64,000 bases of DNA from Cyanophora paradoxa CCMP329 (GCA_004431415.1 QPMI01000408.1:558001-622000), one strand, 5' to 3'; positions 38,259 through 52,509 are shown, counted from the first letter of the stretch. Numbers and translations are program-made. Notes: a model not told the origin generated them from the letters alone.

Positions 38259-41200
38259 ATGGAGAAGAACTGCACGGTGCTCGTGCATTACGACCGCTCG
38301 CAGCCTGTCAGCCAGAATGAGGTCCGAAAGGCGCTGGAAGAGGGTGCGCCGACCCCGCACGGCCTGCTCGGGCTGTGCTTCCAGCGAACCGATGCCCGTA
38401 CGCAGGCTCGCCCGCAACGAAGATCGCAACGCTGAAGAAGGTTATTCTGCTGACTCTGAACGGCGAGAGCTTTCCGAATCTGCTCGTGCCCATCATCCGC
38501 TTCGTTGTCACTGTGAATGACAACACGCTCAAGAAACTCATCCTCCTGTACCTCGAAATCGTCGAGAAGACGACGCCGGACGGCAAGCTCCTCCCGGAGT
38601 TCATCCTTGTCTGGTGCGGCCGCCGCCGAATCCCCGATACGGCCTCCGCCGCTGACACGCGCATCTCATCAGCAACGCCATTCGCAACGACCTCAACCAC
38701 CCCAATGAGTTCATTCGTGGCTGCACGTTGCGGTTCCTCTGCAAGATCAAGGAGCAGGAACTGCTGGAGCCCCTGGTTCCGTCCATTAGGAACAACATTG
38801 AGCACAGGCACTCTTTTGTGCGACGGAACGCTGTGCTCGCGATTTCGACCGTGTACCGCCTCCACGAGCACCTCATCCCCGATGGCCCGGATCTGATTGA
38901 TAAGTTCTTGCGTGGGGTGCTTCCTCTCTTTTTATATGAAACTCGCGAACTTTGAAATCGAGTCCATTTTTCTCGCAGGAATCGGACGCTTCGGCCAAGC
39001 GCAACGCCCTGCTTATGCTGATGAACTCTGCTCAAGATAAGGCAGTCGATTATCTTGCTGGTGTCTTGGACCAAGTCAACGGATTCGGCGACATCTTGCA
39101 GCTCGTTGTGGTTGAAGTCATCCGTCGTGTGTGCCGTGCTAATCCTGTCGAAAAGGCACGACGTGTTGCTCATTTCTACTGCTTCTGTGATATTTCGTAA
39201 TTAATTTGCAATCTGCAGTTCAAGTACATTAAGTGCATCTTCAACCTCATCAATTCTCAATCAGCTGCTGTCGCCTACGAGTGCGCCAACACCCTGGTCG
39301 CCCTCTCCTCGTCCTCAACCGCCATTCGTGCGGCAGCACAGGCTCGCTATTTTATAATCCTTGTCTTCTTCTCTGTTCTTTTTTCTGATTCGGCGACGCA
39401 ATCACAGTCTTACTGCCAACTCCTTGCAAACGTATGCCAGCTGTTAATCTCTAATCGTTCAACCCTGCTTACGAGCCATGGTTGGCTCCGCAGGAGAGTG
39501 ACAACAATGTCAAGCTGATTGTGCTGGATCGGCTGCTTCTGCTCAAGAACCAGCACACCAGCGTTCTGCAGGAGCTCTTGATGGACGTTCTCCGTGCCTT
39601 GTCAAGGTCCTCTCTCTTGCTGTCGCATTGCTGTAGGCCTAAAGTTGACCACTACGTAGCCCCAACATGGATATCCGGCGCAAGACACTTGATATCGCTC
39701 TGGATCTCATCAGCCCTCGGAACATTGAGGAGGTTGTGCTATTCCTGAAGAAGGAGGTTTTGAAGACGCAGACAAGCAAGGACGTGCGTGTTCCACATCT
39801 AGCCGATATGGTTGTTCGCTTATTCTTCTCCCTTCATGTCTCTTTTTAGGGCTCTGGCGAGTACAGGCAGCTTCTCATCAGTGCCATTCACGCCTGCGCC
39901 ATTAAGTTCCCGGATGTCGCCTCAAATGTCGTTCACCTGCTGATGGACTTCCTCGGAGACTCAAATGCCGCGTCGGCAGTCGATGTAATTTTCTTCGTGA
40001 GGTTCGAATCACTCTTCAGTCATGTGTGGTACCTCTTCTGAGCCGTCTATGACAGGGAAATCGTGGAGTCTTACCCCAAGCTGCGCGAGAGTGTCATCCC
40101 GCGCCTTCTGGAGTGCTTCTCCCAGATCAAGTCCTCTCGCGTGCGACACCCCCTCTTAAGCTCGTTGAAGTTGACGAACTGATCAAAGTCCCCGAACACC
40201 AGGTGTACCGCTGCTCCCTCTGGATTCTTGGAGAGCACAGCCAGAGCGTACAGGAGGTCAACTCATCTTTGAACACAATCAAGACAGCAATAGGAGAGCT
40301 CCCTCTCCTTCCTCTCGAGAAGGTTTATGGACCACACTCGTCCTGCTTGCTGCTTGCACACTCGTAGTGGCTGACTTCGGGGCTCTTTTGTTTCGCAGAA
40401 ATCTAGTGAGAGCACTGTACCTGCAGGGTCTCCTGTCCCTACTCCACCTGTTGCTCGGAAGAATGTTGTGCTTGCAGACGGCACGTATGCGACACAGAGT
40501 GCAGCGACGTCTGACAACGCTGTTGTTCCTGCCGACAGCCTCCTTCCTGACTCCTCTATTCCCAACCTCCGCGGTGTGCTTTTGCATGTTTCTGATAGTA
40601 ATGGATATGCTCAATGTAGCCCGCTCGTAGCTCTCCTCCTCTCTGGGGACTTCTTCCTGGCATCCGTTGTTTGCTCGACCATGACCAAGCTCATCTTGCG
40701 TGCTCAAGCTCTATCAGCCGATGCTGTCTCGCTCAACACGCACACCTCTGATGTAAAGACGCTTCTAATCCTCTCCTCGCAAACTCTCCTCCTGATGTTT
40801 TCTGCAGGCTCTGCTTATCATGTGTGCTGTCCTCCGGCTGGGTCGTTCCAGCTTTGCCCCACACGCCATCGATCCGGACTCGCACGAGAGGATTGTTGCT
40901 TGCATGCGGGTGCTTCTTGAGCCTACAGATTTTGCGAAGTGATTTCTTTGCTGGTGTAAAGCCTCCTTAGCGAACCATCTCACATCCGGGCTGTGCAGGG
41001 AAGTTTACCTCAAGAAGTGCCGTGAGTCGTTCATGGTCATGATGGAGGAGAAGAAGAACAAGACTCCAGATGATGCCCGTGCCAAGCAGAAGAAGCAGGA
41101 ACAGCAGGCAGACGACCTCATCCTGATTCGGCAACTCCGCAGCAGGAAGAATGCAGGTGCAGAGGGTGAAGATGACGGTTCGTTTTGGGTGCTCACTCTT

Positions 41201-42331
41201 GCATGCCTCCATTGGTGTCGAGTGCGAGTCCACAGGTCTCGATACCGGTGACCTTGAGAAGGCGACTGGCTCGAATGAAAGGAGTGAGGATGCGAACCGT
41301 AAGCTCAATCGGGTCATGCAGTTGACAGGCTTCAGTGATCCTGTGTATGCTGAGGCATATGTCACGGTTCACCAGTACGACATTGTCCTTGGTACTGCAC
41401 GAGTGCTGTGTTTTCCTTTTACGTCCACCAATGCTGTGATGCAGATGTGCTGGTCGTGAACCAGACTCCAGAGACGCTGCAGAACCTGTGCCTGGAGTTG
41501 GCAACGATGGGAGATTTGAAGCTTTGCGAGCGGCCCCAGAATTACACGATCGGCCCCCTTGACAGCAAGCAGATCAAGGTATTCTGTGTGTCCATGTGTT
41601 CTACGCTTCGGCACTTATCATGTGGCAGGCTAACATCAAGGTCAGCTCCACAGAGACAGGTGTCATATTCGGTGAGTAGAAGTTTGTGTTTCCCACGGGC
41701 TTTTCACTGAGCTTGCTTTTCTCTCAGGCAATATTGTGTACGATGTAGCTGGACAAGGCGGCTCCGACCGGAACTGTGTTGTCCTGAACGACATACACAT
41801 CGACATCATGGATTACATCTCGCCAGCAACCTGCACTGACACAGCTTTCCGCTCTATGTGGGCAGAATTCGAGTGCGTATGGGCTGCTTTTTCCATTCTT
41901 CTGCTGGCATGTGACGGTTTCGTCAGGTGGGAAAACAAGGTAGCAATCAATACGTCAATCACAGATGTGCAGGAGTTCCTGCAGCACATTGTCAAGTCGA
42001 CAAACATGAACTGCCTGACTCCCATCTCGGCTCTGGAGGGCGAGAGCTCTTTCTTGTGCGCACTCTTGATTCGGTTGCTCGTCCTTTGTATTCTAACTGT
42101 GCATCTTTAGGGCCGCAAATCTCTATGCAAAGAGCATCTTCGGGGAGGATGCTCTCGTGAATGTCAGCGTTGAGAAGCAGCAGGATGGCAAGCTGGCTGG
42201 TTACATTCGGATCAGGTGACAGATGCTTGCCTTGCTTAGCATTTTTGGAGCTTATTTTTCAACCCAGGTCCAAGACACAAGGCATTGCGCTGAGCCTTGG
42301 AGACAAGATGACCATGAACCTCCGCAGGTAG
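38259..42331 (+). CDS. COPB1: Coatomer subunit beta
   Basis: [102 protein letters not shown]. Confidence 0.97.
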
Positions 42332-42434
42332 GGCATGAATTTTATAGCTATAGCTAGCATGATCTACGATGGGCGGGCGACAATAAGAAGGCTACTATTG
42401 AAATCGAAATGGTCTATCGGTTGAATGCAGCCAT

Positions 42435-42526
42435 TGCTCTTTCTAGGCTACGGCACGACCGGACCTGCTACCATCAGCGCTTTGACTGTACCCTTGCTGT
42501 TTGGGACGAGAGAGTAACCTGCAGGG
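42435..42526 (+). repeat. Dispersed ~92-bp repeat, copy 3
   Basis: tgctctttctaggctacggcacgaccggacctgctaccatcagcgctttgactgtacccttgctgtttgggacgagagagtaacctgcaggg, roughly 85% identical by eye to copy 1. Confidence 0.9.
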
Positions 42527-43717
42527 ACTGGTGCCCTGATGGAAAAGGTAATCGGAGCCTAGCTAGCTACGAGCTGAGCAGGCACTTTCCGTCCAGGCCC
42601 GTGCAGTAGCAAATCAGGATGCTCCTGCAGGAGGGAGAGAGGCGCCCGTGCGATCAGTACGAGTACGATTACGATTAGGGAGCTAGGCGGCGGGTAGAAA
42701 ATTACGATTACGATTAGGCCCTGAGGGGGCCACCGGGCTACGATTAGCTATAGGCCCCTGAGGGGGCCGCTGGGCTAGGCGGGGAGCAACGATTGTGTAT
42801 CATATATAGTATAGACACAACGCACCCCGCGGCGCCGCCTCCGAGTCCGAGTCCGAAGCTTTAAGACCCTGGGGGGGGGGGGGGGGGGGGGGACAGAATT
42901 AAAAATGCAAGTCCGAGCTATGTATACATGTGTGGGATGTACACTGTGGCCGCCGCGTCCACGGGCCCAGCCCACCAGCGAACTGCCAGGCTGGCCGCGG
43001 CCGGGTCCTGGTTGGCCCCCTAAGGAGACTTATGCACCTCCCGGAGTCCCTGTGGACACTGTAGCTAGCTACAGGTACCCTCCGGGATCCGAAGCTCACG
43101 GCAGGTGCAGCATCGAGTCATTCACTAGTTTAAATTTGAATTCCGATCATTTGATCATCCAATCATCATGGCATATGCATTGATCATGAATTTCAAGTTT
43201 TCGGATTTGAGGCGGCTGCAAGGCTTTGTACGGCTGCATCATGATCATTTTATCTTCTAATGTCCTACGGTAATTTCAATCATGAATCAAAGACGTCACT
43301 GAGTCACCGCGTCCAACCTATCTTCCCTTTTCCAACATCTTATCGAAATTGCAATCACTGAGTCAAAGACGTCCAACTGCGGCACGCTGATGTCTTGCAA
43401 ATCACCTGCCATTCACGTCACGGTGTAACCAGTTAAATCCGCCACGATGTTGAAATTATTATGGCATGCAAGCATCACTGCATTCACCCACAGTTCACGT
43501 TTACGTCATGGCGTCACCAGTCAAGTCTTTCAAGACCACGGCGTTGCCATTATTAAAGATGTGTTGCCAGTATGGCATGCAGCACTGCGCTGCAACAGAT
43601 GTCGAACTGCGCTCAAGTGCCCTTGCATGTGAAGTGCTCAAGTTCATGAAGTCAACTTGGCAACAGTAATTCAAATACGTTATGCTTCGCTGCCCAATCG
43701 CCAGGCTCCTTCTCTTT

Positions 43718-46118
43718 CTATGAAGCTGTACCTGAAGCATCGGTTGATGCTGCCTGTCCACCAGGAGCAGCCGTCTGACCGCCAGCACTGGCAGCCTGAC
43801 TTGCATACCTGCCGAAAAAAGTTAGCAGATTTTGGTGGACGGGGTTGGAGGTGGGTTCTGCACCAGGCTTGGTACTGTGCATACCTGTGAAGGGTTAGAG
43901 CTCGAAAGAAGAATTGGATGATGGATTGCGCACCACGCTGCATACGCAGCAGGATCTGCCTGTGCGTCCCCCTGAGCACTGGTCTGCCCTGCTGCATGGG
44001 ATCCATCTGCTGTCGATGCAGCTGCAGTGGCCGAGCCACCCGATCCCTGACCATCCGCACTTCCTGCTGAGGCCTGGGTTCCATCTGCGCTCTGCTGCTG
44101 GTAGTAACCTTGTTGGTAGTACGCCTGTAACATAAAACCGTTAGCCGCTGGACGTTACACTGCACACTATTATACATACCGAAGCATCGTATCCGTAACC
44201 CCCGTAGCCCCCAGCCCCGTATCCATAAGCTGCATAGGGATTCGCAGCTGCAGGTGCGCCGTAGCCTGTGGACTGTCCAGGTGGGCGCCGCTGTCGAGAG
44301 AATGTGAGCAAGCAAGAGAGAAAACGACAGAAACACGCCTGTTCTCTCACCTCGCATTTCGCTTTAATGAGCTCCTGGGCGTACGCAATCGCGTCCGGTG
44401 CTCCTTCGATAATGACGGTTCGCAGAGCAGGATCTGGTTCCGATTCTTTCGACATCTGCCACGCCCAATCGTAACACAAACCTCACAAATCGGAACGCAA
44501 TCTCCATAATGCAAAGTGAGAAAAACGAGCCTGTATCCTGCAGTTCGACATCTGTTGCAGCTCTCTGATTGTTGCTCCTCCCTTCCCGATGACAACCCCA
44601 ACCTGATGCGTGCAAAAAGTTGAGCAGGCTGGAAATCCAATCAGCAGAGAAAAAACACGTACCCTGTCTGCGGGCACTTTCATGTGCACCACTTGCCCCA
44701 TGCCGGGTGGCGGGCCATAGTGAGACCCACCACCGCCACCGCCACCGCCACCCCCCATTCGTCGCTGTTGGTGCTGTGGAGATACTTGTCAACAGCAGAT
44801 ACGGCGGTCGTGCTAAAACCAAATCTTTGACCTGCGTGATGATCTCGTGGATGAGCTTTTCCGCCTCAGAGACAGCCTCAGGGTGGCCGCTGACTGTCAC
44901 AATACGCTCCTTGGAGTCGGGATCGGACTCTGTGTCACGGGCAACCTGCACAAGCATCGTTAGATATAAAGGGAGAAAAAAAAGCAAGACGAATTTCCAT
45001 GCCTGGATGCGTGCCCCAGATCGCGACTGAAGTTCGCGAATTGTCTCCCCTCCTTTGCCAATAACGAGACCGACACATGTGTTTGGGACAGGGATTTGCA
45101 CAGTCTTCTCGGAACGATCGACATGGGCACGCATGGAATCAGAGCTGCCGCCAAGCCCGCTGCCTGCTGCGACGAAAGAGCTCGCCAAGCCACCGCCAAC
45201 GAAAGGCTTTGTTCGTGCCAAGGAATCGTTCACGACTGCTTGCAAGGCAATTTTGCACGCATTAACTTGCTGCTCCGTGCCACTGACTGTGATTGGCCGC
45301 TCGGTGGCTCCCGGTCCAACCTGGGACTCGGGTGTGACCTGGATGTGCGCCCCCGTCTGGTCTTGAAGGCTCTTGATGTTCTCCCCTCCTCTGCCGATAA
45401 TGTTGCCAACGACTGAATGAGGTACGTTGGTCATGACGGTTATATATCCTGCACAAAATTAACGAAACGCGAGCATGCTACGAGAAGCACACACGCCAAG
45501 GCCACCCACCATTCATGCTCATCACCTCCTTGAAAGCAAGCTCGCCTTCACGTCCGCCAATCACGTTTGATGTGGCCGAAGCAAGTCCTGGTGAACGCAA
45601 CCTTAGCTACGGCATACAAAATGCCGCTCGGCACGAAATCTACCTGCAGCGCTCGAGAATCGCACTGCCGCGAGCTGATTGAGCTGGTCTTGCTTCGATC
45701 GCTCGCTCGAAAGGTCATTTTGGTCAGACCGGCTGAATTTCGTCTGCTCTGGCACCGGAGAGGGCGCCTGGCCGGGCGTGAGAGACGGTGAGACATGCCG
45801 CGCAGTCCAGGACGGCAGCGAGCACCTCGTCCCAGCCGCTGCGCCTCTTTTTATCGCCCTCTGAGCGAAGAAGAATGTACATGAGCAGAATGGCAGGCAT
45901 AGATTCGCCCGGAAGCGGGCGGCACCTGCTTGGGACCGGATCTTCGCAGCTGGGGTGGCAGGGACGCATCGCGTGAGCGGACGAGGTCACGCACTCAGAA
46001 ATCGGCTCACCTAGTTGCTGAGCCGCCGCGAGGGCTTTGGGGGGCGCGTGAGGTCGCGCCGGGCGGACGCGGAATGACACGGGGACCGACCTTGGAGGTA
46101 GACGGAGTTCGCGTCCAT
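43718..46118 (-). CDS. Multi-KH-domain RNA-binding protein (FUBP/KHSRP-like)
   Basis: Three GxxG KH motifs (VGNIIGRGGENIK, VGLVIGKGGETIR, VGVVIGKGGATIR); N-terminal ALAAAQQLAAKI; Tyr/Gln-rich C-terminal AYAAWYAQY. Confidence 0.9.
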
Positions 46119-46512
46119 TCCAGCTGGCGGTACGTCGCCCATCGCGCGCGTACGAGGGAGACGTGTTTCGGCGGTGTGTCGCGGCGCTTAATCCCGACGT
46201 TCCAAGCTTTGGGCCCTGCGCATCACGTATCACGGGCGATCGCGGGGACGTACGGCCTGCGTACGCGCCCTCTTTGGTGTCCCTACCTGACTGCGTACCC
46301 CTGCCTTGGCTTTCTGCCGCTTTCTGACCGCTTTCCAGACCGCTTTCTGCCGCTTTCAGGCCGCCTCCTTTGCCTGCTCGTGAAGGCGTACACATTGCTA
46401 TACGCAGCCCCTGGTGCTGCGGCCCGCCAGCTTCGCCTCCAGCGTCGACGTCAGCTAGATCTGAATGCGGAAAGAAGAAGTGCGCTAACGCTTCTGAGCG
46501 CTGAACGCCGCG

Positions 46513-48791
46513 ATGAACGCGGAGCTTGAAGCGCACCTGAGGCGCAAGGCTGAGGAAGCAGGCGAGGGCTCTACGCTCTGCAAAGCATTGCGCAACGTAC
46601 GCTCGATAATTCTCCAGTTTATCCGATGCCGACACCGGCCCCTCGCAGGCCGCGAAGTCAGTCCGTGCCCATACCGCCCTTATCGGATGCGCGGATGATG
46701 CCAAGGGAATTAAGGGCGTGGGTCCGTACATCTTCAAGGAAATTGTGCGGTTCTTCAGCGAACTCGCACCTGCTGCTGCATCCTCGTCCATTGCACCTGC
46801 AGCAACCGCAACAGCAGCGCCAGACAGCTCCGTACTAGCGACAGCGCCAGCAGTTTTAGCTGGCTCTAGTGCAGCTCCAGCGTCGGCCCCCGTTCCCAAG
46901 AAGAGTCGCGCTCGAAAACGGGATGCAGAAACTACTGCAGAAACGACGGAGCCACTGCCCAAGAGCAGGAGGAGGTGAGTAGAGTATCACCTAGTTCACA
47001 CTCTGTTGATGATTTCCTTCTTCTACCAGTCAGTCTTATATTCCGCGAGTGGGATCCGGCGCCCATGCTATTCTCGTCGCCATGCACGAAGCTGCCTCTG
47101 ATCCTGAGTACAAAGGCTTCCTTCTCAAGGCTGAGCTCATAGAGAAGGCACAGCCGTACTGTGATCAACCTTTTGTCTATGTATGAGGCCCTCTTCGTTA
47201 CCTCTTGCCCCCGTTGAAACCGTTCTATGCTCATCCACACGTGCTCCTGCAGAATGGACCTGCAAGGCCAGACAATATCTCCGAGAGGATAACTGCTTGG
47301 TCAGCAATGAACAAGACCCTCATAAAGAAATCTCTTGTCGTGAGCTTCAGCAAGCCTTCAAAGTATATGCTTACTCCAGATGGAGAGCGTCTTGCAGCCG
47401 AGTGCAGCGTAGGTGATCGAGTTGTATCTTTTCCCTGTCTCCAGTGCCCTGATGATCCTGCAGTGCAGGCAAACCTGCGTACTGCATCTGCTAGAGTCGG
47501 AGCAGATGTGTCCAAGTCAACCCAGAGTTCCTCAGTGCACGTATCCAGCAAGTCCGGAGACGCCTGCATCCAGCACAACAAGAAAGACACAATAATGGAA
47601 TCACAGTGGTCGCACAGTAGTAGTGGGGCTACAGTTGATGTCGATGCCAGCCACCTTCTACAAGGCATTGATCCCACTACGACCATGCTTCTTCTCTTTG
47701 ACGTGAGCCAGGAATTGTCACCCTTCAACTGTTGCGATTGATAAACCAGGTTGTGTTACTCCTCGACCACCGTGAGAGGTTAGAAGGAGACAGGCAAGCC
47801 ATCAGTCAGATGCTCCATGAGATCGACGTGAAGCATGAGATGAGGGAGTTGCGATGTGGTGCGCTTTCTGTAGGTTCTTTTTTAAGCTCATCTCTGACTG
47901 TTCTCCTGCAGGGGATGTTATGTGGATTGCACAGTCGAAGGCAGGCGTCTTTCCTGCAAAAGCAGAGTTCGTGCTAGACGATCTTGCCGAGCGAAAGACA
48001 GTCCAAGATCTTCTGACAAGCATTAAAGACGACAGGTACTTCGAGTCCTATTTTTTTAGGCCGTTACTCATTGGCGTTCAGATATCCCCGCCAAAGGCAC
48101 ATGCTCAAAATGTGCCGTGTGCCCCGAATCCTGTACATCATCGAGGGGGACATCAATTCTGCTGAAGAAGTTGATGCAGCCGAGTCTGCTATCGAGACGA
48201 TGCGTATTTCGGATGGTTTCCTTGTTCATGAGACAGAGAATGTCGCAGTGCGTGTGGAGTTTAGTGTAGGAATTTGAGCTGTGATCTGAGAGGGGGCCCC
48301 AGGCTACGGTTCGACTTTATGCAAGCCTCACGAAGAGCATCCAGGACACACTTCGTCATCAAAAATTGCGTGAGTTCATGTCATCGGGCCCAAGGCTGCA
48401 TGAGCAGCGAATGATGTATCGCGGTGAGTTTTGTCTGAAAGTCTCTCGAGTTTCGCATCCTTCACACTTCTCAGAGTACCAAACGTTCCTGGAGGAGCTG
48501 GATGTCACTACAGTTCAAAGAATTTTCTCCCGACAACTGCGACAGGTCCATGGGTGTGGCTCTAGAAGGTGCAGCTCTTTGGGTCGAAAAGTTTCAAGAA
48601 GCCACATTGAACAATTGCTCAGAGCGGAGTACTTGGCGTCTCTGCACCCCACCTTGGAGTCCCTCCTGAGTTTCTATTCTGGACTCCCTCCCGAGGCTCG
48701 ACCGGGAGCACTGACACAGCTTAAAGCTCCAGGCGCATCGACCCGCTTCCCAGCCTCGCTCAGCAGAGATATCTACGAATGCTTGTGTTGA
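46513..48791 (+). CDS. MUS81: Crossover junction endonuclease MUS81
   Basis: N-terminal HhH (AKGIKGVGP), winged helix (YIPRVGSGAHAIL..AWSAM..L), ERCC4 domain LLLDHRE..GDVMW..ERKTVQDL..SIKDDRY..YIIEG, C-terminal HhH QLRQVHGCG. Confidence 0.92.
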
Positions 48792-49027
48792 CCATTTTAG
48801 CAATCGAGTCTCGGAGAAAAATCCACAGCAACATTCTTTGCCCAATGTGTCGACTCGTATCGCGGAATCAGCATCTTAATTAGCTCAGTTCTCTGATCCC
48901 GCAACGCGACCGATCACTGAAAACCCTTAGTCCCAGCCAAACCCCTACGACCGCAACCGCGCATGGGTATCGACAGAGGGAGTTGCGGATCGGAATTGGG
49001 CACGACGAGATCGAACAAATTCACAGC

Positions 49028-49688
<661 letters not shown>

Positions 49689-50026
49689 CTGCGCGCGTAG
49701 CTGAGCGTCCCGCCGCTGGCTGCACTGCCTGAAGAGACCGGCTGCAGACCTCGATCACGCACTCCCAAATCACCCGATACCCCCCGCGTACTTCGACTCC
49801 CCTGGGGGGAGGGGGAAAAAGCCCGAGCCACAAATTCGATCGCTATCTACTTAGGCTATATCTATGATCTAGCGACTGCATGCGCAGTTATCATAGTATG
49901 TGACTTCATACGCCTAGGTGCCCGCCTCTTAAGCTTGAGCTGCACCTATGCGCATGCATGCTTGCGTGTACCGTAGCTATAGTACTCGTACTCTGGACAA
50001 ACTTCCTACGTATACGTATACGTATA

Positions 50027-50053
50027 CGTATACATCGACGCCCTACGATGCTT
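50027..50053. repeat. (TACGTA)n self-complementary microsatellite
   Basis: tacgtatacgtatacgtatacgtatac; similar shorter runs at 50158-50173 and 59479-59494. Confidence 0.9.
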
Positions 50054-50368
50054 GCGACAACGTGGACGTCTACGTCGACGTCCTACGTATACCGTCGCAC
50101 CGGGTACCGTAGTACGTATACGCGTACGGTATCATAGCATACGTGTACTCGAGCTCAGTATACGTATACGTACTTGTGTGACTATCGATATCGTAGTACT
50201 AGCGTGTTTGCCTCACTGAGCTCGATTGCCCGTACTAACAGTTGCAATTGTGATTGCCAACTCTGCCAGGCTGTCATGTCGCGAACCCAACCCAAGCCCA
50301 CAAGCGAACTGGCCGGCCAGGTCTTGTGTGCCCCCCAATTTTTAATTTATATAAGGAGAGTAATGCGC

Positions 50369-50547
50369 CTCAAGTTCCGAAGTTCATGTAGTCAACTTGG
50401 CAACGGTAATTCAAAAACGTTAACGTTATGCTTCGCTGCCCAGTGAAGCTGTACATGTACCTGAAGCATCGGTCGCTGCTAGCGCTGCCTGTCCACCAGG
50501 AGCAGCCATCTGATTGCAATTGCCAGCACTGGCAGCCTGACTTGCAT
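50369..50547 (-). pseudogene. Decayed dispersed copy of the last exon and 3' UTR of the KH gene (source 43637-43806)
   Basis: Colinear with the source, with five palindromic insertions and one ~23-bp deletion that removes the stop codon. Confidence 0.9.
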
Positions 50548-50810
50548 GAGTCATTTTCGAAATTAGATCTGGCATGTTATTTAACGTGCACGTACAGCTT
50601 GGAAATGCAGCTCGGGAGGTGCTCACTATCCCTGCACAGACCTTGCATTCAATTACAGAGGTGGCCTCTTCCTCGAGCGCTCAGTTCCAACGTTTATGTT
50701 CTCAATGCCCCAGACTGCAACCGCCGATACTGGTGAATTATTTCACAAGTAATTTTGGACAACAATAGCAAATTATTATGGAGGTCTTCGCGACTGCCCG
50801 TGCCAGACAA

Positions 50811-51723
<913 letters not shown>

Positions 51724-51795
51724 GGCCTTCCGCTGATGGCCCAATACCTCGAACGACCGTACCCCAAAGAAAAAAACAGGAACAGCAGAGCAGCA

Positions 51796-52250
51796 ATGAG
51801 CCTCAGCCAGGTGTCACAGAACGCGATACGGTGCGCGAAGCCGGCGTTCGCTGCGATCGCACCCGACCCTCGACCCGCAGCGCGGTCCCTGAAAAGCTGC
51901 CGCCCGGCACGTCCACTGCGCCGCGTCAATACGGCGGTGGCTTCGTACGCGCCCCGTGCACTTCCTCGCGGAGATCGGCGCATCTGACGATCTGCGCAGG
52001 AGCTTTCCGTCTTCCTGAAGAACGACAACCGCTTCAAGGACTTCAGCGACTACGGCTACCAGGTCGAGAAGACTTTCCACCTGAACGGCGTGCGCGGGGC
52101 TCGAGCGCGCGTCCAGGCGCATCGGTTCACCGGTCCGCAGAACGGGACTTCTCTGTGGATGGCAGCGCGCGAAGTCGGTGGCGAGGAGGGCCTCACTCTG
52201 CACTTCGAACTACGGCAAAAGCTTTGATCGTACTTATAAGCGTAGGATAG
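51796..52250 (+). CDS. Small hypothetical multi-exon protein divergent from NDUFS8
   Basis: Codon-biased exon ELSVFLKNDNRFKDFSDYGYQVEKTFHLN flanked by cag/gc or gt splice-like sites. Confidence 0.45.
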
Positions 52251-52509
52251 GTCTGTGCAATCAAGCCACGAGTCGCCCTACCGGTGATTGTCTGGCACGG
52301 GCAGTCGCGAAGACCTTCACGTATCCTAGCAAGTTCCGCTTCTACTTGCGAGCTAGTTAGCCTTGGGCAGGGCCTTCCGGATCCGGATCCGGCGAGTTCT
52401 AAGAGCGAACTCAATATGTTTCGATTTCGATAGAAGCATCACAGCGTAGATCACAGATGTGCTGCTAGCTAGCCGCTAGCCAACATCACGTGTCACGTCA
52501 ATGCACTAG

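Noticed and set aside
45724-46962. 412-aa minus-strand ORF
   Set aside because: Spans antisense MUS81, the divergent promoter and KH-gene introns.
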